Shown here in pieces: positions 51,433 through 60,297 of a stretch of 64,000 nucleotides of DNA. Made by a program: the position numbers and the translations under genes. The DNA comes from a virus. The stretch lies in the IMG/VR virus record IMGVR_UViG_2925639251_000002, one strand, 5' to 3'. Under the pieces are notes generated by a model that saw nothing but the letters and a program-made list of their open reading frames with translations, had not been told where the DNA came from and ran no database searches. The first letter of the stretch is position 1; each line of letters opens with the position of its first letter.

Positions 51433-53229
51433 ATGACTGTAAAGTTTAACAAACAACAATTAGAAGCGATTAATTTTTATAAAGGAGCTTGCGCAGTCAT
51501 TGCAGGGGCAGGGAGCGGTAAAAGCACCGTTCTCCTTAACCGTGTTAAAACATTGGTGAGGGATTACGGTGAAGATCAAGAGGATATTTTAGCCATCAGT
51601 TTTACGCGTAATACTGCAAATGAGCTTAAGAAGAAATTACATAAGCAGAAATTAACTAGTGTGAATGTAGGTACATTTCATTCAGTATGCCGCAACATTC
51701 TTCTCAAAGAGGGAATTGAAATTAACGAGAAAAATACGATTAAAGAATGGCAGCGAGAAAACTGTTTTAAATCACTTGAAGAGAAACCAGACATTAAAGA
51801 CATTACGGGTTTCATCAGCTACCAAAAGAACTTTTTAAGGGGCTACACAGACGAGTTTTTAATTAAAGAGAGTAAATATACCGAGGAGCAATTACGTCTC
51901 TTCTATAAGGAGTATGAGGCTTTTAAATCCAAAAACGGACTGTACGATTATGATGATTATTTATTGGAGTGTTACAAGGTGCTAAAAAACAATAAACATA
52001 AGTATACGTATGAATTTATTCTTGTAGACGAGCATCAAGATTCTAACTTAGTACAAAATCTCATTTTAAAAGAACTTTGCGCCTCTGGTAACATATTCTG
52101 CTTATTCGATTATAGACAAGCTATTTACACATTTAGAGGCGGCAATACTGAGTATTGTATGGAGTTTGAAAAGGATTGGGAAAACGCCACTGTGATTAAC
52201 CTGGATACAAATTATAGATCAAATAAAAACATAGTTGATAACGCAAACAGCTTTATCAAGGAATACTATGGTGACTATGAACATTACGCAGACTCCGTCC
52301 CTAATATTCATAACAATGGCGAAATTCAAACACTAACGTATCAGGACAGAGAAGCAGAAGGTCTGAATACAGCTGATAAAATTGAAACATTGCTTAAAGC
52401 CGGTGAAAAACCATCAGAAATTTGTGTCCTTTATAGATTAAACTCTCATTCTAGCTATGTTGAGAATGAATTAAAAAGGCGTGAAATTGAATATGATATT
52501 ACTAATAATGGGAGCTTTTTCAAGAGAAAAGAGGTAAAAGGGATTGTAGCTTATTTAAGATTAATTCGTGATCCACATGATGATGCAGCCTTTCGAGATA
52601 TTTTCACACTAAGGAATGATCCATTTCGTTATTTTAGCAATAAGAATTTAAAAGATGTTGAGTCATTTGCCGGACAAACAAATATGTCCTTATATGAGGC
52701 CATGTTAAATATGAGATTTGATCGTCCGACTCAAAACGATAACGTCTTGAAATTCCAAAGTATGATTAATAAACTCCAAATGCAAGTGCTTAAAGGGATT
52801 GCCGTGGAAGAATTGATCGACAATGTAGTTAAAACTTTCAGAATGAATGATTACATAGAAGAGAAATACCTCGATGAAGATGAGATAACTGACAGAAAAG
52901 AATCTCTCAATACCATGAAGAAATTTGTTAAGAATAATAACTTAGAGCAGTTCATTAATTTTGTATACGGCAACAAGCCAAGTAAAAAGAAAAATGAAAA
53001 TGCGGTGCGATTAATGACTATTCACGCAAGCAAGGGTCTAGAATTTAAACATGTGTTCTTAATTGGGGTTGAAGATGGTAAGTTTCCTCATAGAAAAAGC
53101 GATCTTTTAGACGAAGCAAGATTATTTTATGTCGGCGTAACAAGACCTAAGGAGAGCCTGTATCTTAGTCAAATTGGTCACTGTAATATGTTTTTTGATG
53201 AGTATAGGCAACATGATCTTGTTTGTTAA
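51433..53229 (+). CDS. UvrD/PcrA-like superfamily 1 helicase
   Basis: AGAGSGKS, GTFHS, LVDEHQD, QAIYTFRG, NYRS, MTIHASKGLEF, RLFYVGVTR. Confidence 0.93.
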   Translation: MTVKFNKQQLEAINFYKGACAVIAGAGSGKSTVLLNRVKTLVRDYGEDQEDILAISFTRNTANELKKKLHKQKLTSVNVGTFHSVCRNILLKEGIEINEKNTIKEWQRENCFKSLEEKPDIKDITGFISYQKNFLRGYTDEFLIKESKYTEEQLRLFYKEYEAFKSKNGLYDYDDYLLECYKVLKNNKHKYTYEFILVDEHQDSNLVQNLILKELCASGNIFCLFDYRQAIYTFRGGNTEYCMEFEKDWENATVINLDTNYRSNKNIVDNANSFIKEYYGDYEHYADSVPNIHNNGEIQTLTYQDREAEGLNTADKIETLLKAGEKPSEICVLYRLNSHSSYVENELKRREIEYDITNNGSFFKRKEVKGIVAYLRLIRDPHDDAAFRDIFTLRNDPFRYFSNKNLKDVESFAGQTNMSLYEAMLNMRFDRPTQNDNVLKFQSMINKLQMQVLKGIAVEELIDNVVKTFRMNDYIEEKYLDEDEITDRKESLNTMKKFVKNNNLEQFINFVYGNKPSKKKNENAVRLMTIHASKGLEFKHVFLIGVEDGKFPHRKSDLLDEARLFYVGVTRPKESLYLSQIGHCNMFFDEYRQHDLVC

Positions 53230-53232
53230 GAA

Positions 53233-53260
53233 TCTAAATAAAATGCATATTTTAAACAGA
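53233..53260. repeat. 28-bp palindromic 11-6-11 site, copy 5
   Basis: TCTAAATAAAA-TGCATA-TTTTAAACAGA. Confidence 0.7.
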
Positions 53261-53275
53261 ATGGAGAGAATTAAT

Positions 53276-53641
53276 TTGGATAAAAGTCAATTAATAAAGG
53301 TTGGCTCAACAGTATATCTTAAACCAATCAATAATGCCGCACGATATGGAAGAAAAGATATTCTAGAGAAAGTTGTGTTAAAAAAAGGAAGGAAATATTT
53401 CTATGTTGGAAATACGGGAGAGACAGAAACAAGACGCATGTTCAAATTTTCTTTGGAGGATATGAGAGAAGTGACAGAATATAGTCCTGACTGAGAGCTT
53501 TATTTATCAAAACAAGAGATTATTGATAAGGAAGAGAAGAAAAAGTTAATGTCTGATATACGATCGGTCTTTGATAGGTGGTCAACGGCTGATTTAACTT
53601 TGGATCAATTAAGAAGGGTGCATGCAATCATATCTGAATAA
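53276..53641 (+). pseudogene. Hypothetical phage gene with an in-frame TGA at 53492-53494
   Basis: TTG start after GGAG; the frame continues ELYLSKQEIIDKEEKKKL...HAIISE* past the TGA. Confidence 0.65.
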
Positions 53642-53660
53642 AACAGCAGCTTTAAAGAGA
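53633..53660. repeat. 28-bp palindromic 11-6-11 site, copy 6
   Basis: TCTGAATAAAA-CAGCAG-CTTTAAAGAGA; contains the stop codon of the preceding gene. Confidence 0.65.
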
Positions 53661-53726
53661 AAAACTAAATACTAAACATCTAAGTTAAAATTTTGTATAT
53701 AATATAGAAAATAGGAGGGGATTAAT

Positions 53727-54632
53727 TTGCATATGGAAGTAAACTATCGGCAAATAGTAGAACCAATTATGTATTCGATTACAAACCCAGTAGGGAAAAA
53801 AGAATTTTGGAATACAGGTAATGAAAGAGTGTGTATTTTTTGCGGAAGAAATAAAGAAGAAGTGAAATTTAAAAAAGATGCACACATTTTTCCTGCTGGA
53901 CTAGGAAACAGAATTTATTTTAATAAGAATGAGTGTGATGAGTGTAACGAGAATTTTTTTAGTACATATGAAAATGATCTCTGTAATTTTTTGATGTTTG
54001 ATAGAATTTTTACCGGGGCCCCAAAAAGAAAAGGTTATCCAAAAGATAAGGGCCGTGGTGATTCATATATGATCAGGGAAGGAATAGACAGTAATGTGAA
54101 AATAAATATTGATGATTTAGAAGGCAGGTACACTTTCAAAAATGATGAGCTCAACAAAATCTTCTCATTAACAATTAACAAACCTTTGCCATATAGTGAA
54201 GTTAATTTATGTAAGGCGATTACGCACATTGGCTGGAGCTTTTTAGACGAATCATTGAGAAATAAGTATTCTTTTATTTTGAAGTGGTTACTCTGTGAAA
54301 CTTCTATTTTTCCACTATACTATGATTTAGTGTTTTTTCCTGGTGCTGGGTTTTCAAAGGTTATTTTTGAAATCAGAGAAGCAATAAACGAAAACAGCAA
54401 CTTCCCTATTATGTTTAGATTCACATTCGGCACTAAAATTTTAACTTTTTATCTACCTAAAGATACGAATGTGACAGACATACCTGAAACCGATTTGATT
54501 TACATTCAATTGAATAACCAAAATTTTAAAGTAGAAAGAAAACAAATTGATTGTGATAAACGAATTAGACCCGATTCATTAAAATTTGATTTTAAATACA
54601 CATCTGCATCAGGTGAACAAGAAGAAAATTAG
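53727..54632 (+). CDS. HNH endonuclease-domain protein
   Basis: CIFC...AHIFPAGLGN...ECDECN. Confidence 0.75.
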   Translation: MHMEVNYRQIVEPIMYSITNPVGKKEFWNTGNERVCIFCGRNKEEVKFKKDAHIFPAGLGNRIYFNKNECDECNENFFSTYENDLCNFLMFDRIFTGAPKRKGYPKDKGRGDSYMIREGIDSNVKINIDDLEGRYTFKNDELNKIFSLTINKPLPYSEVNLCKAITHIGWSFLDESLRNKYSFILKWLLCETSIFPLYYDLVFFPGAGFSKVIFEIREAINENSNFPIMFRFTFGTKILTFYLPKDTNVTDIPETDLIYIQLNNQNFKVERKQIDCDKRIRPDSLKFDFKYTSASGEQEEN

Positions 54633-54764
54633 AAATCTCGTTAAAAAAAGACGGGATTCGGACTACCTAAATGAGAACAGTCCTCCACCAGGTCAAGGAG
54701 AATAATAACCTTGGCCAATATTATAAGTTTAATGATCATTTTAAGTGATCGACAATAACCAGAG

Positions 54765-54995
54765 GTGAGAACACTGATTAAATCTAATTTAAAGCCTATA
54801 TTAGACGAAATAAAGATCAGCATCAGGCAGCTATCCAGAGATATTGATCATGAGTATCCAACCGTCAGAAAGCTTTATAATGACGAAATGGAGCGTTATC
54901 CAAGAGAGCTGTTAGGTAAAGTCTGTACATATCTAAGCATCGAGCTGCATGAATTGTTACTATTCCAAAAAGATCATAATCATGTCGATCGCTAA
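54765..54995 (+). CDS. yopB: YopB-like XRE/Cro HTH protein (likely start CTG at 54774)
   Basis: [34 protein letters not shown]. Confidence 0.75.
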   Translation: MRTLIKSNLKPILDEIKISIRQLSRDIDHEYPTVRKLYNDEMERYPRELLGKVCTYLSIELHELLLFQKDHNHVDR

Positions 54996-55052
54996 GGTTG
55001 AAAATGGTATACTAAAGTTACAAGCATAGGAAAGAATTACAAGTTTTCTAGG

Positions 55053-55080
55053 TCTACATAAAATCGTACTTTTATATAGT
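55053..55080. repeat. 28-bp palindromic 11-6-11 site, copy 7
   Basis: TCTACATAAAA-TCGTAC-TTTTATATAGT. Confidence 0.7.
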
Positions 55081-55094
55081 TAGGGGAGAGTAAA

Positions 55095-55289
55095 TTGGTT
55101 AAGTTAACTTGGGTTGCTGGGGGTTGGAATACACCCGATATTTTTCGAGGAGTTCCTCATAGTGTAAACTTTGAATCTCTTGAGAGTTTAATTGGTACGA
55201 TGAGCAAATGCACGTATAACGGTGAATGGGTGACTGATAGTAAAGGTAACAGAATAGATATTGATTTAAGGGGAATATGCTTAAAATAA
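55095..55289 (+). CDS. Small hypothetical protein
   Basis: GGGGAG RBS, TTG start; its stop codon lies in a degenerate 11-6-11 site. Confidence 0.55.
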   Translation: MVKLTWVAGGWNTPDIFRGVPHSVNFESLESLIGTMSKCTYNGEWVTDSKGNRIDIDLRGICLK

Positions 55290-55370
55290 AATCAGTCTCA
55301 TAGCTAAATATGGATTGGGATATCATTATGCAATTTGTTAAAGCCTTGATAGGAAGGTAGTGTTAATGAA

Positions 55371-56000
55371 ATGACAATGGTGATAGCACAAAATTTAGGT
55401 GACAGCTTAATTATGACTGCTGATAGAAGAATCTCTAACACAAATCATTTGGGTGAAGTAATTGGAATATCATCAGATGACTATAAGAAAATAAAAATCA
55501 TAAACAATAAATATATTATTTCTTTTGCAGGTCGTCTTGATGTAGCAAAAAAGGCATTTGAATTTATCGATGAGAAAATTAATACGATAAACAACTATAT
55601 GGATCCACATTTGTTTTTTAAAAAAGCATTTAATTATGGGAAGGGATATTATGAAGAAAATTTTCCAGGAGAACCACTGTCAGTTTTTTATCTTGGATAT
55701 CTTAAGCAAAAGGAACCAAAGTTAATTGGCTTTTCTTCAGATGATAATTACAATGGGATAGAAGTTAAAGGTACTATTAAAAGGAATTCTAAAAATTTAG
55801 ATGATGAGAAAATTTTTATAAATGAAACAATTGATTTTATAAATGATGAAATATCCCGGCGCCAACATTATTATAAATTCCCCAGAAATCTTGCAGAACT
55901 CTTTTCTAAAGCAATAAAAAGAGTAGACGATGTAATGATTGGGGATACAACTTATTCTGTTGTATTATCACAAAATGGGATAGAAGAATATTATCATTAA
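55371..56000 (+). CDS. Hypothetical protein, possible Ntn-hydrolase/proteasome-beta-like fold
   Basis: M-T start followed by ..IA......TADRR...KI......ISFAG pattern. Confidence 0.5.
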   Translation: MTMVIAQNLGDSLIMTADRRISNTNHLGEVIGISSDDYKKIKIINNKYIISFAGRLDVAKKAFEFIDEKINTINNYMDPHLFFKKAFNYGKGYYEENFPGEPLSVFYLGYLKQKEPKLIGFSSDDNYNGIEVKGTIKRNSKNLDDEKIFINETIDFINDEISRRQHYYKFPRNLAELFSKAIKRVDDVMIGDTTYSVVLSQNGIEEYYH

Positions 56001-56045
56001 AATTAAAAGGAATATATATGTTAAATTCTAAAAAAGAGCATTAAT

Positions 56046-56237
56046 CTAAATGCTCTTTTTCATACCGCAACGCCGGCATTCACGCAAGAATATTCCACTC
56101 TTTACAGAGCTTTTGAACAAAGTGTAATCACAATTGTCGCAGCGTCCATATTTTACATCTGGATACTCCTTGTAATCATAAACAATCGAAGTATCATATC
56201 CGTTTGTTTCGTATTTCTCTTCCACAAGATCACCCAC
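56046..56237 (-). CDS. Small Zn-ribbon protein (YoyH-like)
   Basis: CDNC...CRRC. Confidence 0.6.
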   Translation of the reverse strand: MGDLVEEKYETNGYDTSIVYDYKEYPDVKYGRCDNCDYTLFKSSVKSGIFLRECRRCGMKKSI

Positions 56238-56295
56238 ATAATTTATTCAATATACTCAAGAATAGCAAATTTCGTTCGATATAGGGAGGGAACAA

Positions 56296-56547
56296 ATGAT
56301 TGGTTTAGCTTATTTTTTAATTATTTGGCTTGGAGTTGGATTATTGACTGGCATTAAGTTTATTTTTGTTGATCAGGTCTATGATGAAGAGTTTAAAGAA
56401 CTCATGGATAAAGAAACAGCAGCGGGCATGGAAAGGAATTTGGCCAGCCTGTTTTTCAAAAATAAGCTTAATGTGCTTGCTTTTTTCATGTTAATTGGTT
56501 TACTGCCATTAGCAATGAGGATTACAAAATTATTTAAAAGAGGTTGA
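56296..56547 (+). CDS. yopE: YopE-like membrane protein
   Basis: Two TM segments; synteny. Confidence 0.7.
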   Translation: MIGLAYFLIIWLGVGLLTGIKFIFVDQVYDEEFKELMDKETAAGMERNLASLFFKNKLNVLAFFMLIGLLPLAMRITKLFKRG

Positions 56548-56550
56548 TTT

Positions 56551-56766
56551 ATGCCTTTGATTGATTATTTTTATGTACTGCAGTTTGAAAACAAGGAATA
56601 CTTCAAATCATTTAAGTTAGATGAAGGCGGTTATTTGACATCTAGCGACCTACATGGCGCTTCTAAATTGCAAACAATGTATGAAGTCATTGAGGTAGCA
56701 AGTGAGCTCAAAACAAAGTGTAATGTACAATGTGAGGTAAGGGAAATTCAAGTCGTAAAACGTTAG
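56551..56766 (+). CDS. yopF: YopF-like protein
   Basis: Synteny and size. Confidence 0.65.
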   Translation: MPLIDYFYVLQFENKEYFKSFKLDEGGYLTSSDLHGASKLQTMYEVIEVASELKTKCNVQCEVREIQVVKR

Positions 56767-56776
56767 GTGTGTTCAG

Positions 56777-56908
56777 GTGTATTGGATAGAGTGGATTGAG
56801 GATGGGGAAAAGAAAAGTATGGTTGCGGAAGGATGGATTGAATGGGCTGCTATACTGGAAGACTTGTATCAGAAGCAGTTTGAGTGTGTTGAATGGAAGC
56901 GACTGTAG
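56777..56908 (+). CDS. yopG: YopG-like 43-aa protein (MYWIEWIEDGEKKSMVAEGWIEWAAILEDLYQKQFECVEWKRL)
   Basis: GTG start, read manually; synteny. Confidence 0.6.
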   Translation: MYWIEWIEDGEKKSMVAEGWIEWAAILEDLYQKQFECVEWKRL

Positions 56909-57006
56909 ATATATATATGTGTTTTAACATGATCAGAGAGAAAGCGTTCACAAAAAGGCAAGCATAAAATATGTCATCAGAATCTAAATAAAGGCGAGGG
57001 ATTGTT

Positions 57007-58425
57007 GTGGATAAAATATTTGAAAAAGATAGAATGGAAAGTTTTGAAGTAATAGGGCAATGGTGGGAGAAAGACAAAGCAGAAAAGACATATGCAGGAA
57101 CCTTAAGCTACTCACCCGAAAAAATCACTCTAGAATTAATCGGTGATGATGAGGAGGTCTTTTCTTTTGAAGACAGAAAAACACCTAAAGAGATGTATGG
57201 TATTTCTGCAGGCGGAGAGAGCTTCAAAATTAATATATTATCTAAAGGTGTCGCCACTTATTCGATGCCTGGCATACCGATAGTAGTGTATGATGTTCTA
57301 AGCTTTAGTGTAGGAGCATATACAGAAGAGTATCCTGAAAAGTTTGATTCAATTATCTACAGTTGTGATTATTTAACTAACTGGATAACCCGAGGTGTCT
57401 TTACTGAAGAAGTTATACCAGACAAGAACTACCGCAAATTAGAATACCAACTACCTGAGAGTTGCATAATTAGAGTACCCTCTATTAATGCAATAATTAA
57501 AGAATATCATTGGTGCAAAGTAAAAAGTAGCGACATTTCAAGTTATGAGAAAAGCATAAGACATATTTCTGGATTTCAAATAAAACCCGATGAAAAAAAG
57601 GATTTTGAATGGTTTATTGAAACAATACGATTCTTCAAGTCTTTCTTAAGTATATTGGTTGACTATAAAACATCAAATGAGCAAATTATTCTAACTGCAT
57701 TTAATAATAAAATGAATAGGTCAATAGAATATAAATATTTTGAAAAAATGAAAGAGGTCGGACGCACGCTTCGGAAAAAAATTAATCCTCTGTTCGAATA
57801 TGAAGATATAAAATCTGAATTCGGGAATATTTTGAACCGTTGGTTTGAAAAAGAAGAGGATTTGAAAACAATAGTAAGTCTTCATTTAAATAAGTTTGAA
57901 ACTTACTACATAGAGTCCAAATTTCTTACTTCAATTCAAGCATTAGAAATTTTTCATCGAAGATTTTATGAAGGAGAGATTTTAGATCAACAAATTTATA
58001 ATCAAGCTTCAGATAAAATCAAGGAATTTATTAGTGAGCAACTTGAAGGAGAAGTGAGAGATTTTTTTCTAGCTAAATTTAAGCATGGGAATGAATATAA
58101 TTTGGGTAAAAGGCTAAGAGAGCTAATTAATAAACTATCCCAAGAATCCAAATTATATATTATAGGTAATAGCGACAGAAGGGCAAGTTTTCTTCAAAAA
58201 TTGATTGAAACACGTAATTACTTAACGCATTATGATGATTCTGGAAAAAAAACAATTCTTAAACATCCTTATGTTCTATTTTTTGCTGTACTTAGAATGA
58301 ATATCATTCTTGTTTTTGTTCTTTTAAAGGAGCTAGGAATTAGTGAAGAACTTGTCCTAAGAAAATTCAAAGAACATACAAACACTAATTTTATGATAGA
58401 GGAGGCAAGAAAAGCATTTGGATAA
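57007..58425 (+). CDS. ApeA-like protein (N-terminal beta domain plus HEPN RNase)
   Basis: GQWW...GTLSY...ITLELIG N-terminus; QALEIFHR and RNYLTH (RxxxxH) HEPN motifs. Confidence 0.8.
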   Translation: MDKIFEKDRMESFEVIGQWWEKDKAEKTYAGTLSYSPEKITLELIGDDEEVFSFEDRKTPKEMYGISAGGESFKINILSKGVATYSMPGIPIVVYDVLSFSVGAYTEEYPEKFDSIIYSCDYLTNWITRGVFTEEVIPDKNYRKLEYQLPESCIIRVPSINAIIKEYHWCKVKSSDISSYEKSIRHISGFQIKPDEKKDFEWFIETIRFFKSFLSILVDYKTSNEQIILTAFNNKMNRSIEYKYFEKMKEVGRTLRKKINPLFEYEDIKSEFGNILNRWFEKEEDLKTIVSLHLNKFETYYIESKFLTSIQALEIFHRRFYEGEILDQQIYNQASDKIKEFISEQLEGEVRDFFLAKFKHGNEYNLGKRLRELINKLSQESKLYIIGNSDRRASFLQKLIETRNYLTHYDDSGKKTILKHPYVLFFAVLRMNIILVFVLLKELGISEELVLRKFKEHTNTNFMIEEARKAFG

Positions 58426-58539
58426 TCTATGTTGTATTGTCCTGTGAAAGCAAAAATATGAAAGAAAATAAAAACCTCATTTAACGATTTTTCTTTTTAG
58501 TGAGGTTTTTATTTTAATTATTAATTGGGATTAAATTAA

Positions 58540-58567
58540 TCTCGATAAAATAGGAATTTTAAAGAGA
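58540..58567. repeat. 28-bp palindromic 11-6-11 site, copy 8
   Basis: TCTCGATAAAA-TAGGAA-TTTTAAAGAGA. Confidence 0.7.
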
Positions 58568-58569
58568 AT

Positions 58570-58627
58570 ACAAATACAAAAAATATGTATAAAATAATTG
58601 ACTCGTAATGTGATCTATAGTATTATT
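58570..58627 (+). promoter_or_regulatory. aimR promoter with upstream SPBRE-like element
   Basis: ACAAATACAAAAAATATGTATA, then TTGACT and downstream TAGTAT/TATTAT. Confidence 0.65.
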
Positions 58628-58669
58628 AAGTTAACCAATAAAGACAACAAAAAGAAATGAGGGGAAATA

Positions 58670-59830
58670 ATGGAGTTAATAAGGATAGCTATGAAGAAAG
58701 ACTTGGAAAATGACAACTCTTTAATGAATAAATGGGCAACAGTAGCTGGCCTTAAAAACCCCAATCCTCTTTATGACTTCTTAAACCATGATGGGAAAAC
58801 ATTTAATGAATTTTCTTCAATAGTCAACATTGTTAAGAGTCAGTATCCAGACCGTGAATATGAATTTATGAAAGATTACTGTTTAAACCTAGATGTTAAG
58901 ACAAAGGCAGCAAGAAGTGCATTGGAGTATGCTGATGCAAATATGTTTTTTGAAATAGAAGATGTTTTAATAGATTCAATGATTTCTTGCAGCAATATGA
59001 AAAGTAAAGAATATGGAAAAGTGTATAAAATACATAGAGAACTGTCTAACAGTGTTATTACTGAATTTGAGGCAGTGAAAAGACTCGGTAAATTAAATAT
59101 AAAAACACCTGAAATGAATTCTTTCTCAAGACTTTTGCTGCTTTATCATTATTTAAGCACTGGTAACTTTTCTCCGATGGCCCAACTTATAAAACAAATT
59201 GACCTAAGTGAGATTTCTGAGAACATGTACATTAGAAATACATATCAAACAAGAGTTCATGTTCTAATGTCTAATATAAAGCTAAATGAAAATTCATTAG
59301 AGGAGTGCAGAGAGTACTCTAAAAAGGCATTGGAAAGTACAAATATCCTGAGATTTCAGGTTTTCAGCTACTTAACTATTGGCAACTCTCTATTATTTTC
59401 GAATTATGAATTGGCTCAAGAAAACTTTTTAAAAGGGCTAAGCGTTTCTGTTCAAAATGAAAATTACAACATGATTTTCCAGCAGGCTTTGTGCTTCTTA
59501 AATAATGTATGGCGCAAAGAAAATAAGTGGATTAATTTTGAATCTGATTCAATTATGGATTTGCAGGAGCAAGCTCATTGTTTTATCAACTTTAATGAAA
59601 ATTCCAAAGCAAAAGAAGTTTTGGATAAACTAGATCTTTTAGTTCACAACGATAATGAGCTTGCAATGCATTATTATTTGAAAGGAAGACTCGAACAAAA
59701 TAAAGCATGTTTCTATTCTTCAATCGAGTATTTTAAAAAGTCTAATGACAAATTCCTTATTAGGCTGCCACTGTTAGAACTGCAAAAGATGGGTGAAAAT
59801 CAAAAACTTTTAGAATTACTTTTACTTTAA
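58670..59830 (+). CDS. aimR: Arbitrium receptor AimR (YopK)
   Basis: MELIRIAMKKDLENDNSLMNKW..., 386 aa, HTH plus TPR; adjacent aimP. Confidence 0.96.
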   Translation: MELIRIAMKKDLENDNSLMNKWATVAGLKNPNPLYDFLNHDGKTFNEFSSIVNIVKSQYPDREYEFMKDYCLNLDVKTKAARSALEYADANMFFEIEDVLIDSMISCSNMKSKEYGKVYKIHRELSNSVITEFEAVKRLGKLNIKTPEMNSFSRLLLLYHYLSTGNFSPMAQLIKQIDLSEISENMYIRNTYQTRVHVLMSNIKLNENSLEECREYSKKALESTNILRFQVFSYLTIGNSLLFSNYELAQENFLKGLSVSVQNENYNMIFQQALCFLNNVWRKENKWINFESDSIMDLQEQAHCFINFNENSKAKEVLDKLDLLVHNDNELAMHYYLKGRLEQNKACFYSSIEYFKKSNDKFLIRLPLLELQKMGENQKLLELLLL

Positions 59831-59843
59831 AGGAGGTGAGACA

Positions 59844-59969
59844 ATGAAAAAACTTATTATGGCTTTAGTTATCTTGGGCGCACTAGGCACTTCTTACATA
59901 AGTGCAGATTCTTCAATCCAACAAGCTTCAGGTGATTATGAGGTTGCTGGAATGCCACGTGGAGCATAA
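59844..59969 (+). CDS. aimP: Arbitrium pro-peptide AimP, mature peptide GMPRGA
   Basis: MKKLIMALVILGALGTSYISADSSIQQASGDYEVAGMPRGA. Confidence 0.96.
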   Translation: MKKLIMALVILGALGTSYISADSSIQQASGDYEVAGMPRGA

Positions 59970-60032
59970 AATCCATTGACACATAAAGTTATTAGTATTA
60001 TTATTTATTTAATTAAATTAAACAGAGAAAAG

Positions 60033-60070
60033 GAAGACGTTTGGCTCTTTTGAGCTAAGCGTCTTTTGTA
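60033..60070 (+). terminator. Terminator downstream of aimP (aimX region)
   Basis: AAGACGTTTGGCTC-TTTT-GAGCTAAGCGTCTT followed by T tract; preceded by a TTGACA promoter near 59976. Confidence 0.7.
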
Positions 60071-60081
60071 GTTTTAAGGCC

Positions 60082-60118
60082 ATCACTTAAATATTAGGTT
60101 TTAATAACATCTAGTGAT
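60082..60118. promoter_or_regulatory. AimR operator
   Basis: ATCACT-N25-AGTGAT inverted repeat, the known SPbeta AimR site architecture. Confidence 0.88.
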
Positions 60119-60297
60119 CAACTTCAAATACATACACCCTAATTAAATGAATGCATTACAAAGCAGCACATTCGCAAAAAAAAAATTGCGTAGAATGTGC
60201 TATTTGTCGTTAAAAAAATCTTTACTTCCCTTTTGTAATGCATTACAATTGCTATAGATGCAAAAGATAAAAAATATGTATATAGGAGGTTGGTGGT

